Assembly: GCA_963843145.1 (NCBI GenBank)
Contig: CAWJJC010000005.1
Span: 1-64,000 of the forward strand
Length of the DNA stretch: 64,000 nucleotides
Source of the DNA: an uncultured delta proteobacterium
GTDB taxonomy: Bacteria; Desulfobacterota; RBG-13-43-22
Direction: 5' to 3'
The notes beneath the pieces were generated by a model. That model saw only the letters and a list, made by a program, of their open reading frames with translations, had not been told where the DNA came from and did not search any database. The position numbers and the translations under genes are program-made. The number at the start of each line of letters is the position of its first letter. Within the stretch, counting starts at the first letter, position 1. This document shows positions 30,155 through 39,186 of the stretch, piece by piece.

Positions 30155-31168
30155 TTATTGGCTTCCCACTTTCCAGCGCGACAAGGCGTCCAAATCCAAG
30201 GAATCCTGCGCCCCCTGTTCCAGATAATGATTCCCCAGCCAGGCGATCATGGCTGCGTTATCGGTACAGAATCGAGGAGAAGGGATATACAGGTCCCAGC
30301 CTTCTTCTCGGGCCAGGGACTGAAACCGTTGGCGGAGATACCCGTTGGCCACCACCCCCCCGGAAAGGACCAGCCGCTGAATATCATTTTGTTGCCGGGC
30401 CTGAGTGACTTTATTGATCAGCATATCCACCACCGCTTCTTGAAACGAGGCGGCGATGTCGGCCAGGGGCAATTCCAGGCAGTCGGCGTCGTCCCCGGAA
30501 TAACGTTTGACGAAATTGACCACCGCGGTTTTGATCCCGCTGAAGCTGAAATCCAGGGATTCCCGACCGGGAATGGCCCGGGGAAATCGGATGGAGGTCC
30601 GTCCCCGAAGGGCCAGGTCCTCAATGACCTTTCCCCCGGGGTAGCCCAGGTTCAGCATTTTGGCTACTTTGTCAAAGGCCTCCCCGGCAGCATCATCCCG
30701 GGTTTGTCCCAACACCCGATAAGAACCGATTCCGGAAACCAGGTACAGACTGGTATGCCCCCCGGAAACAGTCAATGAAAGAAAAGGAAACGGCACCGCT
30801 CTCTCTAAAAATATGGAGCAGATGTGCCCCTCCAAGTGGTTGACCCCGACCAGGGGAACCTCTAAGGCGGCGCTCACGGACTTGGCAAAACTCAAACCGA
30901 TCAGCAGCGCCCCGACCAGTCCGGGACCCCGGGTGACGGCCACGCCTCCAATTTCCTTAATCGAGATCCCAGCCCGGGAAAGAGCCTCTTCGGTTACCGG
31001 TACGATCTTGTCCAGGTGCCTCCGGGAGGCCAGTTCCGGAACCACTCCTCCGTAGGGATGATGGAGGGCCACCTGAGAATAGATCACATCGGACAGGATT
31101 TCCCGCCCGTCGCGCAGTATGGCCGCCGCCGTTTCATCACAAGAAGTTTCAAGGCCCAGGACTATCAT
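30155..31168 (-). CDS. tsaD: tRNA t6A threonylcarbamoyltransferase TsaD
   Basis: LGLETSCDET, GGVVPELASRRH, NHLEGH, VSGGHT, DDAAGEAFDK, CTDNAAMI. Confidence 0.97.
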   Translation of the reverse strand: MIVLGLETSCDETAAAILRDGREILSDVIYSQVALHHPYGGVVPELASRRHLDKIVPVTEEALSRAGISIKEIGGVAVTRGPGLVGALLIGLSFAKSVSAALEVPLVGVNHLEGHICSIFLERAVPFPFLSLTVSGGHTSLYLVSGIGSYRVLGQTRDDAAGEAFDKVAKMLNLGYPGGKVIEDLALRGRTSIRFPRAIPGRESLDFSFSGIKTAVVNFVKRYSGDDADCLELPLADIAASFQEAVVDMLINKVTQARQQNDIQRLVLSGGVVANGYLRQRFQSLAREEGWDLYIPSPRFCTDNAAMIAWLGNHYLEQGAQDSLDLDALSRWKVGSQ

Positions 31169-31249
31169 ATCCCTCACCCAGCCGGCCAGCGGAGATCGCC
31201 GACTTTTCTTTTTTTGGCGGCAGCAGAACAGGACGGCCGCCAAAAAAAG

Positions 31250-32464
31250 TCAGACATGCCTTCTTTTCGGTTCCCTGGTTTCGACCAGGGTATAGTGATA
31301 TTTTTGGGGCGGTCGGCCAAAGCAGGTGCCCAAACTCTCAAAGAGGGCGACTTCCTCGAGGTCCACTTCCTTGCGTTTGATGGCCTCGGCGGTGGGCATA
31401 TAATAGACCTTGTCTCCCACCACATTGACCACGGTGTGCCCGGTCTTGCCTGCCAGCAATAGAAAAACCGCCACGGCGCCGGCCCGGTGGCCGAAAACCA
31501 CGTCGAAGGCCGAGGAATGACCGGACCGGACCAGATGGCCCGGGGTGACCTCCCTTACCTCCGGGATCACATAAATCCCCGGGGCGTACATCCCCACCCG
31601 CTTCATGAAGGCCAATACGGAGGGATCATTCTTCAGTCGTTTCTCCAACTGCTGGCGCACATACCGGCCGGCCCCGGCCAGTTTCTTATGGCCGAAGGCG
31701 TCCACCCCGGCCGATTCGTCGTAGAGCATCTCCCCGCTGGCATCCCTCATCCCCTCGGCCACGACGATGATATAGGTGCCGGCCTTGACGTCGCTCCGAT
31801 CGATTCGGGCAAAATAGGTGGTCTTCATATGCTCATAGACCACATCGAAATCCACCGGGATCTCCGGGATAAGGATGCAATCCACTTCGGCCCCGACGCC
31901 TCCGCGGAAGGCCGTGTGGCCCACATACCGGCCGAAGACCTCGATAACCATGATCCGGTTGTGGCTCAGACCGGTGGTTTTCAGGTCCCGAGCAAACAAG
32001 GCGATCCGGTTGATCGAGGAATCCCCGCCCACGCTATAGGGTTGGAGGTCCAGATCCATGGTCTTGGGGACGTGGACGCAGGGGATGCCCTGTTCACTCA
32101 AGTCCACCACCACGCTGCCGGTATCGTCCCCGCCGCTGATAATCAGGGCGTCGATGCCGAATTTTTTCAACCCCTCCTTGATTCGCTCGTATTTCCGGGG
32201 ATCGTCGATCTTGCTGATTTTGACCCGGGAATGACCGGCCTCGGAACCGGACAAGGAGGCCTCGATACGGCTGACCCGCTCGGCGTTGAGCAGCACCACC
32301 TCGGGCAAATCAACCAAATTATAAAGCCCGGCATACCCGTTGGGGATGACCACGGATTCGATCCCCAGGGCATAAGCCTCCCGGGCAATCCCCTTGATGA
32401 CGGCGTTCAACCCGCCGCAGTCGCCGCCGCTGGTAATGACCCCGATACGTTTGATGTCCGACAT
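31250..32464 (-). CDS. pfkA: 6-phosphofructokinase (PPi-type signature)
   Basis: TSGGDCGGLNAVI, GGDDT, PKTMD, EVFGR, VVAEG, DAFGH. Confidence 0.88.
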   Translation of the reverse strand: MSDIKRIGVITSGGDCGGLNAVIKGIAREAYALGIESVVIPNGYAGLYNLVDLPEVVLLNAERVSRIEASLSGSEAGHSRVKISKIDDPRKYERIKEGLKKFGIDALIISGGDDTGSVVVDLSEQGIPCVHVPKTMDLDLQPYSVGGDSSINRIALFARDLKTTGLSHNRIMVIEVFGRYVGHTAFRGGVGAEVDCILIPEIPVDFDVVYEHMKTTYFARIDRSDVKAGTYIIVVAEGMRDASGEMLYDESAGVDAFGHKKLAGAGRYVRQQLEKRLKNDPSVLAFMKRVGMYAPGIYVIPEVREVTPGHLVRSGHSSAFDVVFGHRAGAVAVFLLLAGKTGHTVVNVVGDKVYYMPTAEAIKRKEVDLEEVALFESLGTCFGRPPQKYHYTLVETREPKRRHV

Positions 32465-32725
32465 AGATCATCTCCTCCATGCTATAGTGATTCCGAAATA
32501 TAACTAAAAGACGATTAAAGCGCAACCATAGAGAGTCAATCCTTAATGCTGACTGGCCTGCGGCTTGAATCTCTTATGGTTAGGGCTGGAGAATAGGTCA
32601 ATAAAAGAAGCGTACCTGGATATATGTTAGCTCGCTACCGGTCCGTTCGAAATACCGGAATCCCGGTTTCCCCCGGATGGCGTTCTCCTCTCCGCCCGAA
32701 CCGCCTTTTTTATTGTTTCCCCCCC

Positions 32726-33304
32726 TCAGGGCACCGTCAAATAGGGTCGGATTTTTTCAAGAGTTTTTTCTTTTATTCCCTTAACTTCCTTCAAGCTTTC
32801 CAGATCCGGGAACGGCCCCTGTTGTTCCCGGTAAGCCACAATCCGTTGGGCCAGGCCGGGGCCGATGCCCGGGAGGCGGTCGAAATCTTCGGCCGTGGCC
32901 TGATTCACCGGAATGGGTCGGCCAAGGATCCACAGGGACCTGATCGAAAGAGGACCGGGGTCAATGGTCAGCCGCTGGGCATCATCCACCGAAATAACCA
33001 ATCGGGTATCCCTGGTCAGAACTTCCTGCCTCCGCTGAACGGGAATCTCCGATTTTCCGGTCAATCCCCCCCCGTCCCCGATCACCCGCAAAAGAGTGGG
33101 GGTTTGCTGATAGGTAAAAAGTCCCGGCCTTTGAATGGCTCCTTCCAATTCAATATGAACCTCCTGCCTGGCGGTGATCCCGGCGGGGGTCGAGGGCGGA
33201 GTTTGATTGAGGCTAGCCCAATGGGAAATAAATAAATAGGGCAAAACCAGGGCGCTCAAAACCAGCAGCCCTTTTTGTTGCGCCCGATCAAGGTTGGGGA
33301 GCAC
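32726..33304 (-). CDS. comEA: ComEA-like helix-hairpin-helix DNA-binding protein
   Basis: N-terminal TM, SLBB-like region, VNQAT..LPGIGP.LAQRIV.YR..GPF..L.EVKGI. Confidence 0.8.
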   Translation of the reverse strand: MLPNLDRAQQKGLLVLSALVLPYLFISHWASLNQTPPSTPAGITARQEVHIELEGAIQRPGLFTYQQTPTLLRVIGDGGGLTGKSEIPVQRRQEVLTRDTRLVISVDDAQRLTIDPGPLSIRSLWILGRPIPVNQATAEDFDRLPGIGPGLAQRIVAYREQQGPFPDLESLKEVKGIKEKTLEKIRPYLTVP

Positions 33305-33547
33305 TTATTCCTCCCAGAGGAGGCAATGGACCGGGCAGAGGTCCATGGCCTCCTGGATTCGTTCCTCGGGGCAGCCCTGAGGATTCAGGACCAGGACCTT
33401 GCCGATCGCTTCGTTCAAAGAAAAAACCTCAGGGCAGATATCCACGCAGGCCCCGCAGCCGATGCATTCGTCGAAATTGATTTCCGGGTTTCGGGACGTT
33501 GGCGGTTTCACCGCGTCATTTGCCGTTTTGCGGCGGTCATTGGCCAC
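33305..33547 (-). CDS. Single-cluster ferredoxin (true start possibly GTG at 33511)
   Basis: CIGCGACVDICPEVF..CPVHC. Confidence 0.85.
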   Translation of the reverse strand: MANDRRKTANDAVKPPTSRNPEINFDECIGCGACVDICPEVFSLNEAIGKVLVLNPQGCPEERIQEAMDLCPVHCLLWEE

Positions 33548-33555
33548 TGGCCTTT

Positions 33556-34626
33556 TTATATTAATCGGTATTTCTCCCGCAGCCGCTTCGATATCTCCCT
33601 TATCCAGTCGAAAGCCGCTTCCACGGTTTTTTCAAAATCAGGGTTGACCAGGCAGCAGGTGGCCGGAGACAGCAGGCTCTGCGCCAGGAGTTGTTCCCGA
33701 TCAAATCCCATCCGGTAGAGACCCTCCCAGAATCCCTCCAGACGCTCGATCAGGGCCGGGACGGATTCCTGGGAAAAGAATTCGGTCTGAGTAGGCACCA
33801 GACCCCAGGACAAAATCCCTCCCCGGTCCAAAAATTTCTGAATATTTTTTTGATATTGGGTGAAGATGGGACCGTTGCGGTAGGCGTCGAAAGAGAGAAT
33901 TTCCATATCCTGTTTGAGCAGGAAATCCCAGTCCGGGTTGCCGCAGAGATGAATTCCCCGGGGCCGTTCGATCTGGCCGAAAAAAATCTTAAAGTCCTCC
34001 CGGGCCATACTATCGGTGTAGCCGGAAACGCTGCTGAAGATGAACTGTAGACCCGGTTCATCGATGAACATGAAGGCCCGAGGGTTTTTTTCTTTAAGCC
34101 GCTTCAACTGGGCATTGACCCGTCGGGCCATGAAGTCGATCAGGACCGGCCGGATCTCGTCGTTAAAAATGATTGGGCGCTCGTTTTCATCCAGGAGCTT
34201 CAGGCCGAAGCTGACCGGCCCCTCCAGTTGCCCCCGGATGGCCGCATAACCCGACAAGTCCATCTCCAGAAACTTATGGTAGACCACGGAAAAGCGGGGG
34301 GAGATATCGAAATATTCGGTTTCCTCGAAATGGCCCAGCAGGGTTTCCAGACCTTCGTAGAACAGTGGCGTGTTGAAATGGAGGGTATTCCCTACCGGGT
34401 CCAGCACCATCCCGGGAAAGTGTTCCGAGGCCTGCACGTACATGTCCTCGTAGTACCCCGCGTGCGGAAGCTGGGGCCAGAAAGGAATGTCCAGCGAAAG
34501 AGCCAGGTCCAGGGCCCGGTCAACCTCCCGGTGGGGCAGGATGGCCATAGCCGTGGTGCGCAATCCCCCGGGGATCATAGACCTCGGACGGTTGTCTGGT
34601 TCGTGATGAAAATCAGTCTCTCCCAT
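33556..34626 (-). CDS. Short cobalamin-independent methionine synthase-like (MetE catalytic domain/URO-D fold) protein
   Basis: PFWPQLP, GQLEGPVS, FIDEPGL, GIHLCGNPDW, WGLVPT, SPATCC (H-x-C..C zinc ligands). Confidence 0.65.
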   Translation of the reverse strand: MGETDFHHEPDNRPRSMIPGGLRTTAMAILPHREVDRALDLALSLDIPFWPQLPHAGYYEDMYVQASEHFPGMVLDPVGNTLHFNTPLFYEGLETLLGHFEETEYFDISPRFSVVYHKFLEMDLSGYAAIRGQLEGPVSFGLKLLDENERPIIFNDEIRPVLIDFMARRVNAQLKRLKEKNPRAFMFIDEPGLQFIFSSVSGYTDSMAREDFKIFFGQIERPRGIHLCGNPDWDFLLKQDMEILSFDAYRNGPIFTQYQKNIQKFLDRGGILSWGLVPTQTEFFSQESVPALIERLEGFWEGLYRMGFDREQLLAQSLLSPATCCLVNPDFEKTVEAAFDWIREISKRLREKYRLI

Positions 34627-34643
34627 TAAACGATAAAACCGTT

Positions 34644-34880
34644 AAATCCGAAATTCGAAGCACGAAATCCGAAACAAATTCAAAAGTTCAAAATCCAAAT
34701 GACCAAAACAACTCCCCCACCCTCGACGGGAGGGGGCAGGGGGGGGTGGGTGAATCCCGGGTTATCACTCAACCTTATGCCTTATCCCTACCCTACACCT
34801 TCCGGGGAAGAATGTTTCGAATTTTGAATTTCGGTCATTTGAATTTGTTTCGAATTTCGAGTTTCGAGTTTCGAATTTTT
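34644..34880. repeat. Inverted 7-bp periodic arms enclosing purine-rich hairpins
   Basis: aaatccg aaattcg aagcacg aaatccg.. and ..tttcgaa tttcgag tttcgag tttcgaa; the right arm abuts the cimA stop. Confidence 0.75.
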
Positions 34881-36471
34881 AGCCTTTCCTCTGTTGCCTT
34901 TTCTGTTCCTCTTTATAAAGCTTATAAGAGATACTATCCACCAGGGCCTGCCAGGAAGCCTCCAAAATATCCGTGGATACCCCCACGGTCCCCCATTTGC
35001 TTTCCAAATCCGCGGACTCGATCAGCACCCGTACCCGGGCTCCCGTCCCGTCCACGCTGGAAAGCACCCGGACCTTGTAATCCTCCAGCCGCATTTCTTT
35101 CAGTTCCGGATAAAACCGTTCCAGGGCCTTGCGCAGGGCGTTGTCCAGGGCATTGACCGGTCCGTTGCCCACCGCCGCCGTATGTTCCACCTTGCCCCCG
35201 ACTTTAACCATAATGGTGGCCTCCGCTAAAGGAGGCTGGTCTTCGACCGCCTTATGGGCCATGACCCGGAAGCCTAATAGTTGGAAATACCGCTTCTGCC
35301 GTCCCAGGGCCCGGTTCATCAACAGTTCGAAAGAACCCTCGGCCCCTTCAAACTGGAAACCCTGTTTTTCCAGTTCCTTCAACTGGGATAATATCTCCAG
35401 GACCACCGGGTCTTTACTGGACAGGTCCAGCCCATACCCCTGGGCCTTGGAAAGGATGTTGCTTCGACCGGCCAGGTCGGAAACTAAAATCCGCTGGATA
35501 TTGCCGACTCTTTCCGGATTAATGTGCTCATAGGTTTCCGGGTTCTTCATGACCGCGCTGACGTGGATCCCGCCTTTATGCGAGAAGGCACTGGCTCCCA
35601 CGTAGGGCTGGTATTTGTTGTGACGAATGTTGGCCAGTTCGTTGACAAAACGAGAGATCTCGCTGATCCGGGCGAGTTGTTCGTCGGTCAGGATTTCGAA
35701 TTTCAATTTGAGCTGCAGGTTGGGAATGATGGAGCAGAGGTTGGCGTTGCCGCAGCGGTCCCCGAAGCCATTAATGGTCCCCTGCACCTGAGTAATGCCG
35801 TTTTCCACGGCGGCCACTACATTGGCCACCGAACACTCACAGTCGTTATGCGCGTGGATTCCTAAAGGGACCCCCGGGATTTCTTTTTTGACCCGCTGGA
35901 TGATTTGCACCAGTTGGCCGGGGAGGGTCCCGCCGTTGGTGTCGCAAAGGACGAGGCAATCGGCCTTGGCCTTCTTGGCGGCCTTCAGGGTAGACAGAGC
36001 GTACTCCGGGTTGGCTTTGAAGCCGTCGAAAAAATGTTCGGCATCGTAAAAAAGCCGGGAAACCCTAGGTCGAAGCCAGGACAGGGAATCGGCCACGATT
36101 TCCAGGTTGCGATCCAGGGAAACCCTCAGGGCATCCCGCACATGGACATCCCAGCTCTTGCCAAAAATGGTGATGACCGGCGTTTGGGCTTGGACCAGGG
36201 CCTTGAGGTTGGCGTCTCTCTCCGCTGTATTCTTGGGGTTATGGGTGCTCCCAAAGGAGGCCAATTGCGCTTGCTTCAAGGACTGTTGTTTCATTTCCTT
36301 GAAAAATTCCACGTCCTTGGGGTTGGAGCCCGGCCAGCCCCCTTCAATATAATCGATCCCCAAATCGTCCAGCTTTTTGGAAATGCGGATCTTGTCCACC
36401 ACCGAGAGATTGAAATCCTCGGCCTGGGTCCCGTCCCGGAGGGTGGTATCGTAGATTTCTATCGTTTTCAA
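34879..36471 (-). CDS. cimA: Citramalate synthase (start uncertain)
   Basis: YDTTLRDGTQAE, EGGWPGSNPKD, YDAEHFFDG, LCDTNGG, HAHND, HKGGIHVSAV, GNGPVNALD; follows lysC. Confidence 0.9.
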   Translation of the reverse strand: MKTIEIYDTTLRDGTQAEDFNLSVVDKIRISKKLDDLGIDYIEGGWPGSNPKDVEFFKEMKQQSLKQAQLASFGSTHNPKNTAERDANLKALVQAQTPVITIFGKSWDVHVRDALRVSLDRNLEIVADSLSWLRPRVSRLFYDAEHFFDGFKANPEYALSTLKAAKKAKADCLVLCDTNGGTLPGQLVQIIQRVKKEIPGVPLGIHAHNDCECSVANVVAAVENGITQVQGTINGFGDRCGNANLCSIIPNLQLKLKFEILTDEQLARISEISRFVNELANIRHNKYQPYVGASAFSHKGGIHVSAVMKNPETYEHINPERVGNIQRILVSDLAGRSNILSKAQGYGLDLSSKDPVVLEILSQLKELEKQGFQFEGAEGSFELLMNRALGRQKRYFQLLGFRVMAHKAVEDQPPLAEATIMVKVGGKVEHTAAVGNGPVNALDNALRKALERFYPELKEMRLEDYKVRVLSSVDGTGARVRVLIESADLESKWGTVGVSTDILEASWQALVDSISYKLYKEEQKRQQRKG

Positions 36472-36660
36472 GTTTCTTCTTTCCAGACGTCTCCATTTCA
36501 AATTGCAGACGCAGAATGGGCCTGATCCACAATCAATGGCTTAACCTGCAATTCCCGCCGGTGTTTCTCCGCCGGCCAAAGATCATACGGTAGCCGGTTT
36601 GGTGTTGCCCCTCGAACGCTTCGCGCCCGGGCTCTGCGCTCAGCGTTTAGCGCCCAACGC

Positions 36661-37890
36661 TCAACGTCCGTGCGACTCCTCGTCCAGATGAAAGGCATCG
36701 TGCAGGGCCCGCACGGCCAGTTCGGTGTACTTCTCGTCAATGACGCAGGAGATCTTGATCTCGGAAGTGGTAATCATCATGATGTTGATGCCTTCATCGG
36801 CCAGGGTGGAAAACATGGTGGTGGCCACCCCGGCGTGATTGCGCATGCCCAGTCCGATAATCGAAACCTTGGCGATATTTTCATCTCCCAGAACCCGCTC
36901 GGCCTTGATCTCCTTGGCGATTTTTTTCACTATGCCGAGGGTTTTTTTGAAATCCACTTTGGGGACGGTGAAGGTTAGGTCCGTCAGACCGTCGGCGCTG
37001 GTATTCTGGACAATCATGTCCACCACCACTCCGGCTTCGGAGATGGGCGTAAATATTTTGTGGGCGGTACCCGGCCGATCCGGCACTTTCGTTATGGTAA
37101 CCCGGGCCTCGTTTTTGTTGTAGGTGACGCTGGAAACCAGAATCTTTTCCATGCTCTTGTCTTCTTGGAGCACCATCGTTCCCTCCTTGTCGGTAAAAGT
37201 CGAACGCACATGTATGGGGACCCTGTATTTCTTGGCAAACTCCACCGAACGGATCTCCAGGACCTTGGCCCCCAGGCTGGCCATTTCCAGCATTTCCTCA
37301 TAGGAAATCTTTTTCAGTTTTCGGGCCTTGGAGCAGACTCGGGGGTCGGTGGTATAGACTCCTTCCACATCGGTAAAAATTTCGCAAACGTCGGCCTTCA
37401 GGGCAGCAGCGATGGCTACGGCGGTCGTGTCCGACCCCCCCCGTCCCAAGGTGGTGATATTTCCCCGTTCGTCCAGTCCCTGGAAACCGGCTACGGCCAC
37501 AATCTTATCTCTGCGGATCTCTTCCATGATGCGTCGGGTATCCACCTCATTAATCCGGGCCCGTCCGTAGGACTGATCGGTGTGAATCGTGGCCTGGAAA
37601 CCCAGCAGGGAAGTGGCCTTAAAACCCAGACTCTGGACAGCCATGCTGAACAGGGCGATGGAGACCTGTTCCCCGGTGGAAATCAGTACATCCAGCTCCC
37701 GGGGATTGGGAGTTTCGGTCACCTCTTGGGCCAGCCGAATCAGTCGATCCGTTTCGCCGGACATGGCCGAAAGGACCACCACCATATCGTTTCCCTCTTT
37801 TTTCCGTTCAATGACCCGTTGCGCCACCTGCCGAATTTTTTCAATGGAACCTACCGAAGTGCCGCCGTATTTGTGCACCACTAACGACAT
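36661..37890 (-). CDS. lysC: Aspartate kinase
   Basis: KYGGTSVG, VAGFQG, TLGRGGSDTTA, two ACT domains. Confidence 0.96.
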   Translation of the reverse strand: MSLVVHKYGGTSVGSIEKIRQVAQRVIERKKEGNDMVVVLSAMSGETDRLIRLAQEVTETPNPRELDVLISTGEQVSIALFSMAVQSLGFKATSLLGFQATIHTDQSYGRARINEVDTRRIMEEIRRDKIVAVAGFQGLDERGNITTLGRGGSDTTAVAIAAALKADVCEIFTDVEGVYTTDPRVCSKARKLKKISYEEMLEMASLGAKVLEIRSVEFAKKYRVPIHVRSTFTDKEGTMVLQEDKSMEKILVSSVTYNKNEARVTITKVPDRPGTAHKIFTPISEAGVVVDMIVQNTSADGLTDLTFTVPKVDFKKTLGIVKKIAKEIKAERVLGDENIAKVSIIGLGMRNHAGVATTMFSTLADEGINIMMITTSEIKISCVIDEKYTELAVRALHDAFHLDEESHGR

Positions 37891-38039
37891 AAAACCTCCC
37901 TTTATATTTTTTTCAGGTAAAACCCCGTCTTGGAAAGGGTTTTACCTGAAAAAAATATAGCCCAAACCGAAGCCGGATTTGACCACCGTCGCCTTATCCT
38001 TACCTTGGATGCGAAGCGAACCATATCCCTCGCCCAGCC

Positions 38040-38063
38040 GGCAGGCGGGGTCGCCTGCCCTAC
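38040..38063 (-). repeat. GTAG-type REP hairpin
   Basis: GTAG-GGCAGGCG-ACCC-CGCCTGCC. Confidence 0.7.
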
Positions 38064-38098
38064 GAAAAACGAAAGCTTGGAAAATTTTCATGCTTCGC

Positions 38099-38578
38099 TC
38101 AGACGGGCGAAGGGGTTAGATCCGATGCCTGCAACCGCTCCGCCGCTTCGCCCCGAGCGCTGATCCGGAAAAGCCTCCGCTTCTCATCTACCCAGAGAAT
38201 CACGATATCGATCCGTTCTTCCGGGAGGTCCGGGACCTTCTCCGCCCATTCAATAGCCAGGATCCCGTTTCCTTCAAAATAATCCTCCAGCCCTAATTCC
38301 TCAAAGGCTTCGGCTGAATCGAGCCGGTAGCCATCCAGGTGAAACAGGGGAACGCGTCCCGGATATTCATTGATCAGAGTAAAGGACGGGCTGGCCACGC
38401 CGCTCCCGTCAATACCCAGCCCGCGAGCAATCCCCCGCACCAGACAGGTCTTGCCGGCCCCCAGTTCCCCGTGAAGGGCCAGAATATCGCCCGACTTCAG
38501 GCAGGAGGCCAATCGTTCTCCCAGGGCTTCGGTCTCATTTTCGTTTTCCGTTTCTATAACCCGGGAAAAGACGCCCAT
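38099..38578 (-). CDS. tsaE: tRNA t6A ATPase TsaE
   Basis: GELGAGKT, SPSFTLINEY, HLDGYRL, IEWAE. Confidence 0.95.
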   Translation of the reverse strand: MGVFSRVIETENENETEALGERLASCLKSGDILALHGELGAGKTCLVRGIARGLGIDGSGVASPSFTLINEYPGRVPLFHLDGYRLDSAEAFEELGLEDYFEGNGILAIEWAEKVPDLPEERIDIVILWVDEKRRLFRISARGEAAERLQASDLTPSPV

Positions 38579-38585
38579 AAAAGTT

Positions 38586-38689
38586 AAATTCGAAATCCGA
38601 AATCCGAAATCCGAAACAAACTCGAATGGCCAAAATTCAAATGACCAAGACAAAAACGTTTCGAATTTCTTGCTTCGAATTTCGGATTT
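38586..38689. repeat. 7-bp periodic inverted repeat
   Basis: aaattcg aaatccg aaatccg aaatccg aaacaaa .. ttcgaatttcggattt. Confidence 0.75.
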
Positions 38690-38716
38690 AGCCTGGTCAC
38701 TTGGAATCGTTCCCTC

Positions 38717-39166
38717 TTACCTGGCCAGGGCGCGAACCAGATCCTTTTTGCCGATGATCCCCTTCAGGGTCTTGCCCTCCACCACCGGTATGGAGTGCAC
38801 GTGTTGTTCGGCCATCAGGGTGGCGATCTGTTCCATGGGGGCCTGGGGAGTGACCGTCTGCACCGGGGCGGACATGATGTCCCGGCAAAGCAGGCCGGCC
38901 ATTTTTTTTAATTCTTTTTCCAATTTATGGCTGCTTTCCAGGAAGACGATATTGCCCATCAGATTGAAGACGGTCGGCAAATGCAGTTGTTTACTCTGAT
39001 CGATAATATCGCTTTCGCAGACGATCCCCACCAGTTCCTGTTGACGGTTTAAAACCGGAAGCCCGCTGATATGTTTTTCGGTCATCAACCGGGCCGCCTC
39101 GCTCACCGGCGTATCCTCGGAAACGGTAATCACTTCTGAAGTCATGAGTTCTTTGGCTAAGACCAT
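38717..39166 (-). CDS. CBS-domain protein
   Basis: Tandem CBS motifs (ISGLPV..LVGIV; SIPVV..LKGIIG); GAGGAG RBS. Confidence 0.9.
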   Translation of the reverse strand: MVLAKELMTSEVITVSEDTPVSEAARLMTEKHISGLPVLNRQQELVGIVCESDIIDQSKQLHLPTVFNLMGNIVFLESSHKLEKELKKMAGLLCRDIMSAPVQTVTPQAPMEQIATLMAEQHVHSIPVVEGKTLKGIIGKKDLVRALAR

Positions 39167-39186
39167 CCGGCAATACTCCTCTTTGG

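Noticed and set aside
37890-38100. Lysine riboswitch or T-box before lysC
   Set aside because: No conserved aptamer motifs; the space is occupied by a REP hairpin.
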